DNA of 63,524 nucleotides, filler included, from Saprolegnia diclina VS20 (Eukaryota), in NCBI RefSeq assembly GCF_000281045.1. It is 4 parts of 3 records of this genome, joined end to end, with 100 filler letters (N's around TTAATTAATTAA, not from the genome) between each part and the next. Parts side by side here need not be neighbours in the genome. Positions count along the whole stretch, not along the records: positions 28,543 to 60,247 come from NW_008246120.1; 3 more parts are not named here. One strand, given 5' to 3'. The notes beneath the pieces are model-generated. The model was not told the DNA's origin, ran no database searches, and saw only the letters and a program-made list of their open reading frames with translations. A program made the translations under genes and the position numbers. Position 1 is the stretch's first letter, and every line of letters starts with the position of its first letter. Positions 30,070 through 41,137 of this stretch are shown here, piece by piece.

Positions 30070-32684
30070 ATGGAGGCGCTTAGCGATGCGCAGGTCGCGC
30101 TCTTCGCGTCCGGTGGCGCGCTCGCCGACTACGCGATCCTCAAGCCCATCGGGAAGGGCAAGTTCTCGGTCGTCTACCGCGCCAAGCGCATGGCCGACGA
30201 CGTGCTCGTCGCGCTCAAGAAGATTGCGATCGACGTCATGGACAAACGCGCGCGCGAGAAGACGCTCAAGGAGGTCGTACTGGCTCTACGTGTACAGCAA
30301 CGGCATACCACTGCGCTGTCTAGGTCCGGCTCGTGCAGTCGGTGCACCATCCCAACATCATCCAGTATCTCGATGCGTTCATCGCTGGGAACGAGCTCTG
30401 CATCGCCTTCGAGTGGGCCGAAGCGGGCGACCTCAAGCGACAGGTCATCCACTTGACTCGTTAGAATAGCGGTTGACAGACCATCGTCCGAATAGATTCG
30501 CAAGGCGAACGAGAAGGACACGCGCTTAGACGAGCGACTCGTGTGGAAGTACTTTGCACAAATCGCGGCCGCAATCGACCACATGCACACACACCGCATC
30601 ATGCACCGGGATATCAAGCCCGCCAACATCTTTCTCATGTCGTCGGGCCAGGTTAAAGTCGGCGATCTCGGGTTCACGCGCCGTTGCTACATCCCTCTGT
30701 ACTGTCGATGGTGCGTAGGCTTGGCCGCCACTTGAGTGAGAACACGATGGAGGCCCACTCCAAGGTGGGCACGCCGCTGTACATGTCGCCCGAGGTGCTG
30801 CGTGGCGACGGCTACGACTGGAAGTGCGACGTCTGGTCGCTCGGCTGCATCTTGTACGAACTCGCCATGCTTCGGTCGCCATTCAAATCCGAGGGACTCA
30901 ACCTCTACGGTCTTTTTCAAAAGGTAGCCTTTTTGAGTACACAAGCAACGGTCGATCGCCGCGACGTGCGTAGGTCAACAAGGGCGAGTACGACCCTGTC
31001 TCGGATATCTACAGCGACGCACTCCGGTCCCTCGTGACGCAGATGCTGTCATTGAACGCCAACGACCGCCCGACAATGGCCGCGATCTGCGCCGTGAGCA
31101 GCGCGTGTCACGAGTCCCGCGCGGCGCCCAAGGTCCACCCGCGCCCCGCGAGCGTCGACAACCAAAAAGAACCGGCGTCGAGTTCACTAAGCCGGCAGTC
31201 GACACCCAACAACAACACGTCGGCCGAAACGACCCCCGAGAGTAGCCCGCGCACAGTAGTAGCGTCCCGTACGCATGGCATGATCACAGAGGACATATGC
31301 TGTAGGACGAGACGGCCATGACCATGTACCTCATGGACGCCGTGTACGAGAAGCTCATGCTGCTGCGATGCAACGTACGTACGCATTCTCCTTACATCGA
31401 CAACGACAAAAGACATAGCTGCAAAGTCTCCAAGTGCCCCTTACACGCATCTACTTTGCGCAAGCCAGTCGTCCCCCGCAACAGGTACACTATCAACTGG
31501 ATACTAGTTTGTGACTGATACAGCGAGACTTAGTGGACGCATGCCCTGCGGCTATTGCAGTGGCTCTTTGCGAAGCTCGAGATGCCACTGGACGTGGCGC
31601 TCGACGACCCGTTAGAACCGCCGCTGCGACAAGCGACCGCAGTGCTCATCGCTGCAGGCACCCTCGGGTGCGACGCTGCCGCGACGCTCTCGCCGTCGTC
31701 GATGCTTGCGGGCCACGGACTTGCGCTCTGCACCGTCCTCGACGTTCTCTGCACCAAGGCGCTGCGACCTCTNNNNNNNNNNNNNNNNNNNNNNNNNNNN
31801 NNNNNNNNNNNNNNNNNNNNNNNNNNNNNNNNNNNNNNNNNNNNNNNNNNNNNNNNNNNNNNNNNNNNNNNNNNNNNNNNNNNNNNNNNNNNNNNNNNNN
31901 NNNNNNNNNNNNNNNNNNNNNNNNNNNNNNNNNNNNNNNNNNNNNNNNNNNNNNNNNNNNNNNNNNNNNNNNNNNNNNNNNNNNNNNNNNNNNNNNNNNN
32001 NNNNNNNNNNNNNNNNNNNNNNNNNNNNNNNNNNNNNNNNNNNNNNNNNNNNNNNNNNNNNNNNNNNNNNNNNNNNNNNNNNNNNNNNNNNNNNNNNNNN
32101 NNNNNNNNNNNNNNNNNNNNNNNNNNNNNNNNNNNNNNNNNNNNNNNNNNNNNNNNNNNNNNNNNNNNNNNNNNNNNNNNNNNNNNNNNNNNNNNNNNNN
32201 NNNNNNNNNNNNNNNNNNNNNNNNNNNNNNNNNNNNNNNNNNNNNNNNNNNNNNNNNNNNNNNNNNNNNNNNNNNNNNNNNNNNNNNNNNNNNNNNNNNN
32301 NNNNNNNNNNNNNNNNNNNNNNNNNNNNNNNNNNNNNNNNNNNNNNNNNNNNNNNNNNNNNNNNNNNNNNNNNNNNNNNNNNNNNNNNNNNNNNNTGTCC
32401 TGTCCAGATAGCGCACACTAGTGTCCTAGCACAAGCGTCGATCGCTCGACACCGAGCTCACAACGCTGCAAGCGTCGTTGGCAACGACCAAGGCGACGCT
32501 GCATACGGTCAACGACAAGCTCACGGACGTGAGCCAGCTCACTGGTCTCCGCGCCGCACTGACCACCCTCCGCGCCGACATCCACAGCATGGAGCTCACT
32601 ATGCAGCTCCAGCAGCGCACGCTCTTGGAGGCGCAAACCAACGCACAGACGCGGCAGCGAAGACACCATACCATCTCGTATTAA
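30070..32684 (+). CDS. NEK6/7-like Ser/Thr kinase with C-terminal IFT57-like module (multi-exon; spans gap 31773-32395)
   Basis: IGKGKFSVVYRA, VALKKI, HRDIKPANIF, KVGDLG, SKVGTPLYMSPE, DVWSLGC; downstream exons resemble the IFT57 CH-like domain and terminal coiled coil. Confidence 0.8.
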
Positions 32685-35600
32685 GGCGACGCAAATCCAA
32701 ATGGATCGTGCGACTTGGTCGCCACTTGCTTGGCTTCGAGCTGCTCGAGCGCCGCCGACGTGCTGCGAATGAGCGCGCGCTCGTCGTCAATCAGTTGCTG
32801 GAGCGACGCGGCAACGACCGGATCCGGGCCCTTCTTGCGCTCGTTGCGCGTCATCGTCAGCTGCACAAGCTCGGCCACGAGGGCTTGGATGCGGACGACC
32901 AGGCTCAACAGCGCTTGTTGCTGGGACAGCGCTGCCACGTTGGCATGCAGCGCGTGGTTCGATGCGTCCAGAGCCGACGCGCTGGCCAAGGCCGAGGCCG
33001 AGACGCCAGCGGGCGCATGCGTCGTGGACGAAGCGGGGTTCGAAGTCGATGCCGATGTCGAGAGTGAGAGCCCGCTAAATTGATCGTCCAGATTCGGACT
33101 GGAAAAGCCAGTGTCCACCGGCACCGACGCGCGGCGTGGCGGCTCAGCGACGATCGACAGTTGCCGGGTCGGCGGCGCCGACTGCGGCGAGCCAAAGTCG
33201 CCAAAGGTGTTGCTGGGTGCTGGGAACGCGGCAAACGTACTTGCGGTCGGCGTCGTGTCGGGCGTCGGCGACGGGAACCCAAACGAGGACGATGGGACCT
33301 TGTCAAAGGCACAAAAGCCCGCATCCATCGAGGGGCCGTCCGGAGTTGGCGCATTTGTAGGCACAGCGTTGAAATCGCTAAAGTCGGGCAGCTTGGAGCT
33401 ACTGCCAAAGTGGGAAGGCGCCTCGGTAGTTGGCCGAGAACTGCTACCAAAGCCTGCAAGGGGCGAGTCGCTCGAGGCCATACCCAAACCAGCGTTGCTG
33501 CCAAAGTGCGACGCCGAGGTGACGGACGACGCAGACGGAGCTGGCGACGGCGGAGGGTGTGCGCTGTTGCCAAAGCTGTCGCCAAAGTGGCCATTTACGT
33601 TGCTGCCAGAGTTGCTACCAAAGGCTGTTGGTGCCGGCATCGCACCACCAAACCCGGCGGATACCCCAGAGTTGCTACCAAATCCCGACGGGTTCGAGGT
33701 CACCGNNNNNNNNNNNNNNNNNNNNNNNNNNNNNNNNNNNNNNNNNNNNNNNNNNNNNNNNNNNNNNNNNNNNNNNNNNNNNNNNNNNNNNNNNNNNNNN
33801 NNNNNNNNNNNNNNNNNNNNNNNNNNNNNNNNNNNNNNNNNNNNNNNNNNNNNNNNNNNNNNNNNNNNNNNNNNNNNNNNNNNNNNNNNNNNNNNNNNNN
33901 NNNNNNNNNNNNNNNNNNNNNNNNNNNNNNNNNNNNNNNNNNNNNNNNNNNNNNNNNNNNNNNNNNNNNNNNNNNNNNNNNNNNNNNNNNNNNNNNNNNN
34001 NNNNNNNNNNNNNNNNNNNNNNNNNNNNNNNNNNNNNNNNNNNNNNNNNNNNNNNNNNNNNNNNNNNNNNNNNNNNNNNNNNNNNNNNNNNNNNNNNNNN
34101 NNNNNNNNNNNNNNNNNNNNNNNNNNNNNNNNNNNNNNNNNNNNNNNNNNNNNNNNNNNNNNNNNNNNNNNNNNNNNNNNNNNNNNNNNNNNNNNNNNNN
34201 NNNNNNNNNNNNNNNNNNNNNNNNNNNNNNNNNNNNNNNNNNNNNNNNNNNNNNNNNNNNNNNNNNNNNNNNNNNNNNNNNNNNNNNNNNNNNNNNNNNN
34301 NNNNNNNNNNNNNNNNNNNNNNNNNNNNNNNNNNNNNNNNNNNNNNNNNNNNNNNNNNNNNNNNNNNNNNNNNNNNNNNNNNNNNNNNNNNNNNNNNNNN
34401 NNNNNNNNNNNNNNNNNNNNNNNNNNNNNNNNNNNNNNNNNNNNNNNNNNNNNNNNNNNNNNNNNNNNNNNNNNNNNNNNNNNNNNNNNNNNNNNNNNNN
34501 NNNNNNNNNNNNNNNNNNNNNNNNNNNNNNNNNNNNNNNNNNNNNNNNNNNNNNNNNNNNNNNNNNNNNNNNNNNNNNNNNNNNNNNNNNNNNNNNNNNN
34601 NNNNNNNNNNNNNNNNNNNNNNNNNCCAAAGCTGCCTTCGGGGGACGGCTGGCCAAAGCTGTTGGTGCGGCCTGGCGTCAGAGCGCCAAAGTTGCCTTGC
34701 GGCTGCCCAAAGCTGCCTTCGGGGGACGGCTGGCCAAAGCTTCCTTGAGGCGGCTGCTGCCCAAAGCTGTTGGTGCGACCTGGCGTCAGAGCGCCAAAGC
34801 TACCTTGAGACTGCGGCTGGCCAAAGCTGCCTTGAGATGGCGGTTGGGTGACGCCACCAGGAGACGGCTGGCCAAAGCCACCAGGAGACGGCTGACCAAA
34901 GCTGTTGGTGCGACTTGGCGGCTGCTGCATCGTGAGGCCGCCGGGCATCGCGTTGCTGCCAAAGCCACTTGGCGAGGCATGTTGTCCAAAGCTATTGGTG
35001 CGTGGCGGTGGCGGGTGCCCAAATTCCGAAGGCGCGCCAAAGCTGTTGGTGCGCGGGGCCGTCGCGTTGTTCACGTTGGCACTCGACTGCAACGACTGCT
35101 CCATGTCGTACGGGATCGAGGGCGGCAGCGGCATGTTGCGCTTCGTGACGCACACAATCAAATGCATCGCAATGTAAAACTCCGTCACGTCCAAGCGGCC
35201 GTCCGAGGTCCGGTCGGCCAAGGTCCACACGGTGCGCAAGTTCTACGCATCAGCATGAGCTCGCTACCAGGCGCCACGACCATCGTACCTCGCGGTCCAG
35301 TCCCGACATTTGAAAGAGCGTCGCGGCTTCGTGGCCCTGGATGAAGCCGTCGTTGTCCGTGTCGTACTGCCGGAAGATGCCATTGTACTTGGCCTTTTCG
35401 TCGTCGAGAATCGCGTACGAGGGCCCGGCGGCCGGCGGCGCGGGCATCGCGGGGGGCGGTACACCTTGAAGGATCGCGACCGTGAACGGCGTCTGGGCGA
35501 GCTCGAGAAAGCGCTGGTGCGTCGCCGGCTGTCCTTGCTGCGCCATCGCAATCAGGCGCATGGCCACGTAAAAGTCGCCAATGAGGAGCTGGCTCGTCTG

Positions 35601-35877
35601 GCGCGCGTCGGCAATGGTCCAAATCTATGTCGTGTACGGTGAGCGGCTCGCGTACCAAAGGCGTACGGCGTACCTCGCGCAACACCGTCTTGTCGAGCCC
35701 CGACTTGGAGAAGAACGACACTGCGCTGCGCCCGCCGAGCGTGCCGGCCTTCTCCTCGTCGGCGAGGACGAAGAGCGTGTCATAGTACGCCTTCTCCAGC
35801 GGCGATGGCGGCGTCCACGCCGGCGGCGCCCCAAAGCTGCCGCCCCGCCCGCTCCCAAAGTTGCTGCTTGCCTGCAT
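32681..35877 (-). CDS. EH-domain (Eps15/synergin-like) endocytic protein with FG-rich repeats and C-terminal coiled coil (multi-exon; gap 33706-34625)
   Basis: Two EH domains (FFSKSGLDKTVLRE.IW; VWTLADRTSDGRLDVTEFYIAMHLI); FGDF, DFSDF and DPF motifs. Confidence 0.88.
34626..35056 (-). repeat. Coding tandem repeats (RTNSFGQ / GSFGQP units) running into an assembly gap
   Basis: Recurrent CCAAAGCTG(C/T) units; e.g. CCAAAGCTGCCTTCGGGGGACGGCTGGCCAAAGC occurs twice. Confidence 0.85.
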
Positions 35878-35919
35878 CGCAAAGATTACTGAGCGACGGA
35901 AACCGGCGACGTGGACACT

Positions 35920-35943
35920 AGTCCGGATACTATTATCCGGACT
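35920..35943. promoter_or_regulatory. Perfect dyad AGTCCGGATA-ctat-TATCCGGACT upstream of the EH gene
   Basis: 10-bp inverted repeat with 4-bp spacer, 43 nt upstream of the minus-strand ATG at 35877. Confidence 0.45.
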
Positions 35944-36351
35944 CTCCGCTGGAAGATCGCAACGCATGATGTGTCTTGACGCGCACGGGTCGTCTTGGTC
36001 CTGACAGCCTACGATCTTAGAGCTCGCACATTCTCTCAGTGTCGATGCCAGACTCCGTTATAGCACCGGTCACGCCTATAACTCGTTGGAGAGGACGCGC
36101 TCTGGAGTGTCGCCCTGGTATCGGGTCGCTCAAATGATGACGGCACCTCCGCGTCGGCACAAGCCCGGGGGTCTTTGCACCGTCCAAAGTCCATTGAAGC
36201 ACAAGCGCCTTTCAGGCTAAGTGGAGCAGACCTCTCGTTGCGTTTTGCTGCACCTTCGCCACGGCCTTGCCTTTGTAGCATCGCATCTCAAAGTGTACTC
36301 TCTCTACCTGCGAGGCTGACGAGTACATGCACGGTAGTATTCGACAGCGTC

Positions 36352-38198
36352 ATGCATGGTGACATTGGGAGAATCGTCAGCGATTTCCTCGGGCAGCGCG
36401 GTCCAACGCCTCGTATTGTGCGCGATTGAACTGTAGCTGGTAACGTAGGCAGGCTCCAAAGCTTATGTGGCAGTTGCCAACGGTTGTCGCGATGGATCGG
36501 GCCGTGCGCAGTGCGATCGATCAAGTGACACTCGACCCCGCGTGGCCCGAGGTGGGTCCGCCGCGAGTGAGAACAACCGAACGAGCTCTCGACGCAGGTA
36601 CTCGACGTGCTCTACAGCAGTCTGGCGACATGCGTTGCGGCGTTCGAAACCAACCCGAGCGCATGCCAGGTCTTTCCTCATGTTTCGATCGACGAGATAC
36701 CAGACCATGCGAGTTGCTAGGTTGTGCTAAGCCTTTGCGGCGAGACGTTCCAGCAGCGCTACTACCCACAAACGCGCAGCCTCGGATACCTCGTCCACGA
36801 GCCATACATGTCGAACGAGACTCGTATCGCGCTCAGCGCCCAGTTGTACCCACGGCTCCTGGCGAATCTGGCCGACCACGTCGGCTTCTTCTCATTTGCA
36901 CTTGAAAGAAGCTCACGACGGAATATAGATGGCGTCGACGCAAGCTTTCGAGAGTCCGTGCTTTCGCCGCCTCCAGCGCGGTCTCGAGGCGTCTCTCCAC
37001 GGCGCAATGCCGCCGACGCCCCATGTGTCGGCGATCCCAACGCTCCTGACCTTTCTAGCTCGGGCGTTTCTTACGCCGTCGGTGCACGACCCGGTGCTCG
37101 ATGTCCAGCAGGCGCATATCGAATCGGCGCTGCTGCAGCAAGTCCGCGGACGCAGTTTGCCGCCGCCATTGCGAACGTGGGTGTGGACAAAGTGTCTCTT
37201 GGGGCGCGCCAACGTCGACGACACGACGTGGCGCCTGAAAGCGAGCCAAACACTGCTCGGTGTGTCCGAGCCGTGGCGGTCGCCAGTGGCGCCCATGCTT
37301 TTTCGCCTCGTGCGCGACGCCATCCGCGACGACTACCCGCAGTTCATGGACTGTGACGGCCATGGGACGCTCCAAGCCCGCGTCGAAGGGCTCCTGAACC
37401 AACACTATGTGCTCACTCGAAGCCACTCTGCGTTTTTCGTGGCGCTCGCGCTGCCGATAGCGATAATGTGGCCTGAAAAGAGCGGCCGGTACACGCTTCG
37501 ATCTGGCGCAGCCACGGATACGAGTGTTGCGTAGAGACGTCGACCTCTTGAGCGCCTTTGCGCGCCTTCTGGAGACCCATGTGCACCACCCGATACGCGG
37601 TGATGCGGTCGCTGGCTCCCAACGCGTAGGACGAATGTACGCGGCTGAAATATGTGCAGATTCTATGTAGATCTGGCGACGATTAGCTGCGGAGCAGCCA
37701 AGGCTGTACCAGCACATTGAAGGGGTCTTTGGCGACTTGCCTGCTGCCAAGAAGCGACTCGCGATGCTGGAGGCGCCGAGCGAGCTTTTTGTTGGGTGGG
37801 CATCCTATGGTCACGTTGGCAACAACTCAGATCTAGGAGGTGGCTGCAAGTCAGCTTCGTGGGCTACCTCCGTAAAGACGCTCTTTATTTTGTCTGGGAC
37901 CAGGTAGGAACGTCTGTTTCCTATCACAAATTTTCTTGTACAATGACAGTGTCTTCTCGATCCGTCGGGGTGGCAACCGGCGTTCGAGTCGCTATGTCTG
38001 CTTGTTCTTGACCTGCTGCTGCCGACGTTGCTGCAAGCGACCACGATTCCGAGCTTGCACAGCCTTCTCGAGACGCTGCCCCGCACATTGAGCACCCGTG
38101 CGCTTCGAAGCGCATACCAGCAAAGTAGTACAATCAAAGTCCGGTCTATTATGGCTACAGCAACTAATGAGAAAAGCGAGCGCGGTGCTCTTAGTTGA
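36352..38198 (+). CDS. Multi-exon hypothetical protein with divergent TBC/Rab-GAP-like features; ends approximate
   Basis: Coding exons separated by GT..AG introns; LPPPLRTWVW, QPRLYQHI, RWLQVSFVGYL, FVWDQCLL resemble TBC-fold motifs. Confidence 0.55.
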
Positions 38199-39237
38199 TA
38201 TGGTGATCGTCGTCGTCATCGTCGTCGTCGTCACCGTCGTCGTACGGACTGTCACCATCGTCATCGTCGCCGTGGTCGGCGTCGTCGTCCAACAAGGTGA
38301 GCGTGTCGAGCTCTTGAAACATCTACGCCAACGTGACGCGGCGAATAAGAAACTCTTGCTGCTACCTCGACGTTGTCTTCGAGCATGCACTCGTCGAGGT
38401 ACGTGATGAACTGCTCGAGCGCATCGGACTGGTCGTCAACCTCGGCCGTGATCATCATCATGGCGCTGTAGCCCTAGTCGAGCATGAGACGTTGCTACTG
38501 CGTTGAATTTGAAGATACCTCTTCCGAGAACTGGACGCCGTTCGTGCGCGCTTGGCTAACGAGTTCCATGGCCTGGCTGAACTCGCGCTGGAGGATCAAG
38601 GCCTCGATGATCGGTGCATATGTGATTTCTTCGGGCGAAATGGCATCGCCTGCGTCAGATGTCAAGAACTGAGAGTGGACGATACGACGACGACTACCTG
38701 CGGCAATGTCTTGGAGAATCAGCTCGGCTTCCTCGACTTGGTCGGCTTCGACCAGCGCCTCGATGAGGTTGTTGTACGCTGGAAGGTCCAGGCGCACGCC
38801 GAGGTTGTGCGCTTCTTCCGTCACCTCGAGCGCTTCGGGCAGCATCTGGTTGCGGTAGCACGCATCGGCCACGTAAATGAACGCGAGCTTGGTGAAATCG
38901 TCGGGCTTCAAATGCGGGTTCCTACAAGACGTGTTAGCGCTGCATGCAAGTGTAAGGTGTCGCACATGTAGACGCTCTTCATGACGCGAAGCGCCGACTT
39001 GGTCTCGTCACGCGACGCCTTCTTTGCCAGCAAGATTGCAAGGCGCTGCGCGAGCTGCGTCGATGGCGGTGTCGACAGCTGCTCGAAGATCCGCAGGGCC
39101 TCGCGCGGCTCACGCGCGTCCAGGTGCATCTCGAAGCTGCGCAGCGGCTCATCCACGGCGAGCGCGGCAGCTTGCGAGAAGAGGCGCGGGCGCAGGCAGC
39201 GTCGCCCGAGGCGCCGCAGAGTCGGAACCATGAGCAT
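38191..39237 (-). CDS. Pentatricopeptide-repeat (PPR) protein, probably mitochondrial, with acidic tail (multi-exon)
   Basis: Presequence MLMVPTLRRLGRR; PPR-like helices PDDFT..., LDLPAYNNLIEALVEADQVEEA, PEEITYAPIIEAL; poly-Asp C-terminus. Confidence 0.8.
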
Positions 39238-40199
39238 CGTCGACGTCGGCTTGGTCCCGTCGGCTCAATAATTGGTTGCGCTTTTATTGGCTGGCCCGCT
39301 CACAGACTATTTCACGTAGAGACACAAATAGTGTCAAACATGGAAATGGCCTTGCTTGGCTTCAGACGTCGCCGCTATCGACTGCAAGGGCGTGGTATCC
39401 CATCCAAACAGGACGTTACTTTCGTTCATTCATCTCTTGCTAACAACGACGGCACACATTGTACGGCCGGTTCGACTCTGGCGGCATCGAGCGGCACACC
39501 ATTAGCGTCGACCGAAGTCATGTCACTTCGGCACCTTGAAATACTGTACTTGACGGCGTGCGTCCATCCATAGACTGTACATTTGTATTGCCATACTACA
39601 AACAAGCTTATGAGCTGGCCGCTGGACACGCGTTCCCGGAGGTCACAAGCCCGGTAGGCATAGTCCGGATTCATGACGAGGAATCTTGCGGCACCTCGCA
39701 CGATCCGACGAGGGTCGGCGGTATTGCGTAATCGGACACTTCAAGAAATAAAAGTTGAGGCAAGTTGCGTCGAGGAGGGCGCTGAGGACCAGCCGACGTC
39801 ACTTGGTGCAGGCGAATGTTCTTGGCGCACGGGCAGGCCGTCTCTGATCCCGCGCTTCGGCTGCCGTTGCTTTGCCAAGTCACTTGGAGCGCATCGAAGA
39901 AGCAGAGAATTCATTGATGGCGGTTGCGATCACCGTCCGCAGAGATATCAAGCATTCCAGCTATCGAGCGCAAGTGTGTGCGTGACAAGAAGAGGGTCCC
40001 ACGGAAGGTCAGCCCACCCCGAGAGAGCCATCATCACGCAGTGCTTTGGTGCTCTGAGGCCCGTATGCATGTTGGGTCACTCCCGACGCACGGAGCCGTT
40101 AAGAACGAGCTTGGTTTCGGTCTGCGTGCGCCTGCACCCAACGGCGTGATAGGACACTCGGCGGAAAACACGTAAATAGTCTTATTAATTCGACAGCGC

Positions 40200-41137
40200 C
40201 TAGTCGCGCTTTGGCTTGGGCGGGCACGCGACGTTGCAAGCGACACGGAGGTCGTACACGATCGAGTTGCACGTGTAGACAAAGAAGGGCGCCGCGTATA
40301 CGTCAATGGCGTAGTGGGTCTTTTGGAGCATGACCAGAATGGCGGTTGTGAGCGCGAGCACGAAGAAGAAGCTCTTCCAGAGCACATTCTGGCGCCGGAC
40401 GACGAGGAAGATCATAAAGGTCGTCGCCGTGTGGCCCGAGAAGAAGAGATCGCGCATCAAGACGATGCCGTCGCCGCCCGCAATCGGGTCGATAAGCGGC
40501 ACCGTGCCCACGGGGGCTTCCAGCGGAACGAGGTACAACGCCACCTACGTATGCGTGAGCACCCGCGAAGCTACTAGTAGCAAATCGTATTACCATGCGC
40601 ACCCAAATCACAAACGCCTTGGTCTGCAGCATCTCAATGATAAGCTCGGGCATGTGGCGGGCATGGTAGAGGCCAATCGAGACCGAGCCGTACGCCAAGA
40701 CAAAGAGCGAAACCGAGTAGTCGCCCGGGCTGAGCCGCATGAGCACCGGGTCGTGCATGGTCACAAAGCCTTCAATGTCGGTGCGGTTCTCGTTCCAGCG
40801 CAGAAACGTCGTGTAGTACTGCAGCGTCCAGCTACACAGCACCATACATGAGCCATGCCGCCGCCATCAACGCTCGGACGTACAAGAAGACGGCGAACGT
40901 GAGCGCAATGTCGAGCTTCGAGTACGTGCCTTGGTCCCACTTGTGCTTCCACGCCATGTAGAACGGCGCGTCGTGCTCGGCGCGGATCGGCGCTGCTTGG
41001 TACTCGACCGTCGTCGTCGTCTCGCGCAGCGGGTGGCACTTCTCAAAGGCGTCGTCGTACGTGCTGCTGCGCGGTGGCCGCAGCAGGTCGGTCGACACCA
41101 TGAGCTTCTCGAGGTAGTTGAGCGGCGACAGACTCAT
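40200..41137 (-). CDS. Sphingomyelin/inositol-phosphorylceramide synthase family protein (PAP2-like C domain), about 3 exons
   Basis: Catalytic motifs DLFFSGHT and HYAIDV; HDPVL; several TM helices. Confidence 0.85.

Noticed and set aside
34626..35056. Regularly recurring short repeats superficially like a CRISPR array
   Set aside because: In-frame coding repeats of a eukaryotic EH protein; no unique spacers and no cas genes
31533..35344. Long ORFs made mostly of X residues
   Set aside because: Artefacts of translating through N gaps
38199..38290. (GTC)n-rich microsatellite-like tract
   Set aside because: Encodes the poly-Asp tail of the PPR protein on the minus strand
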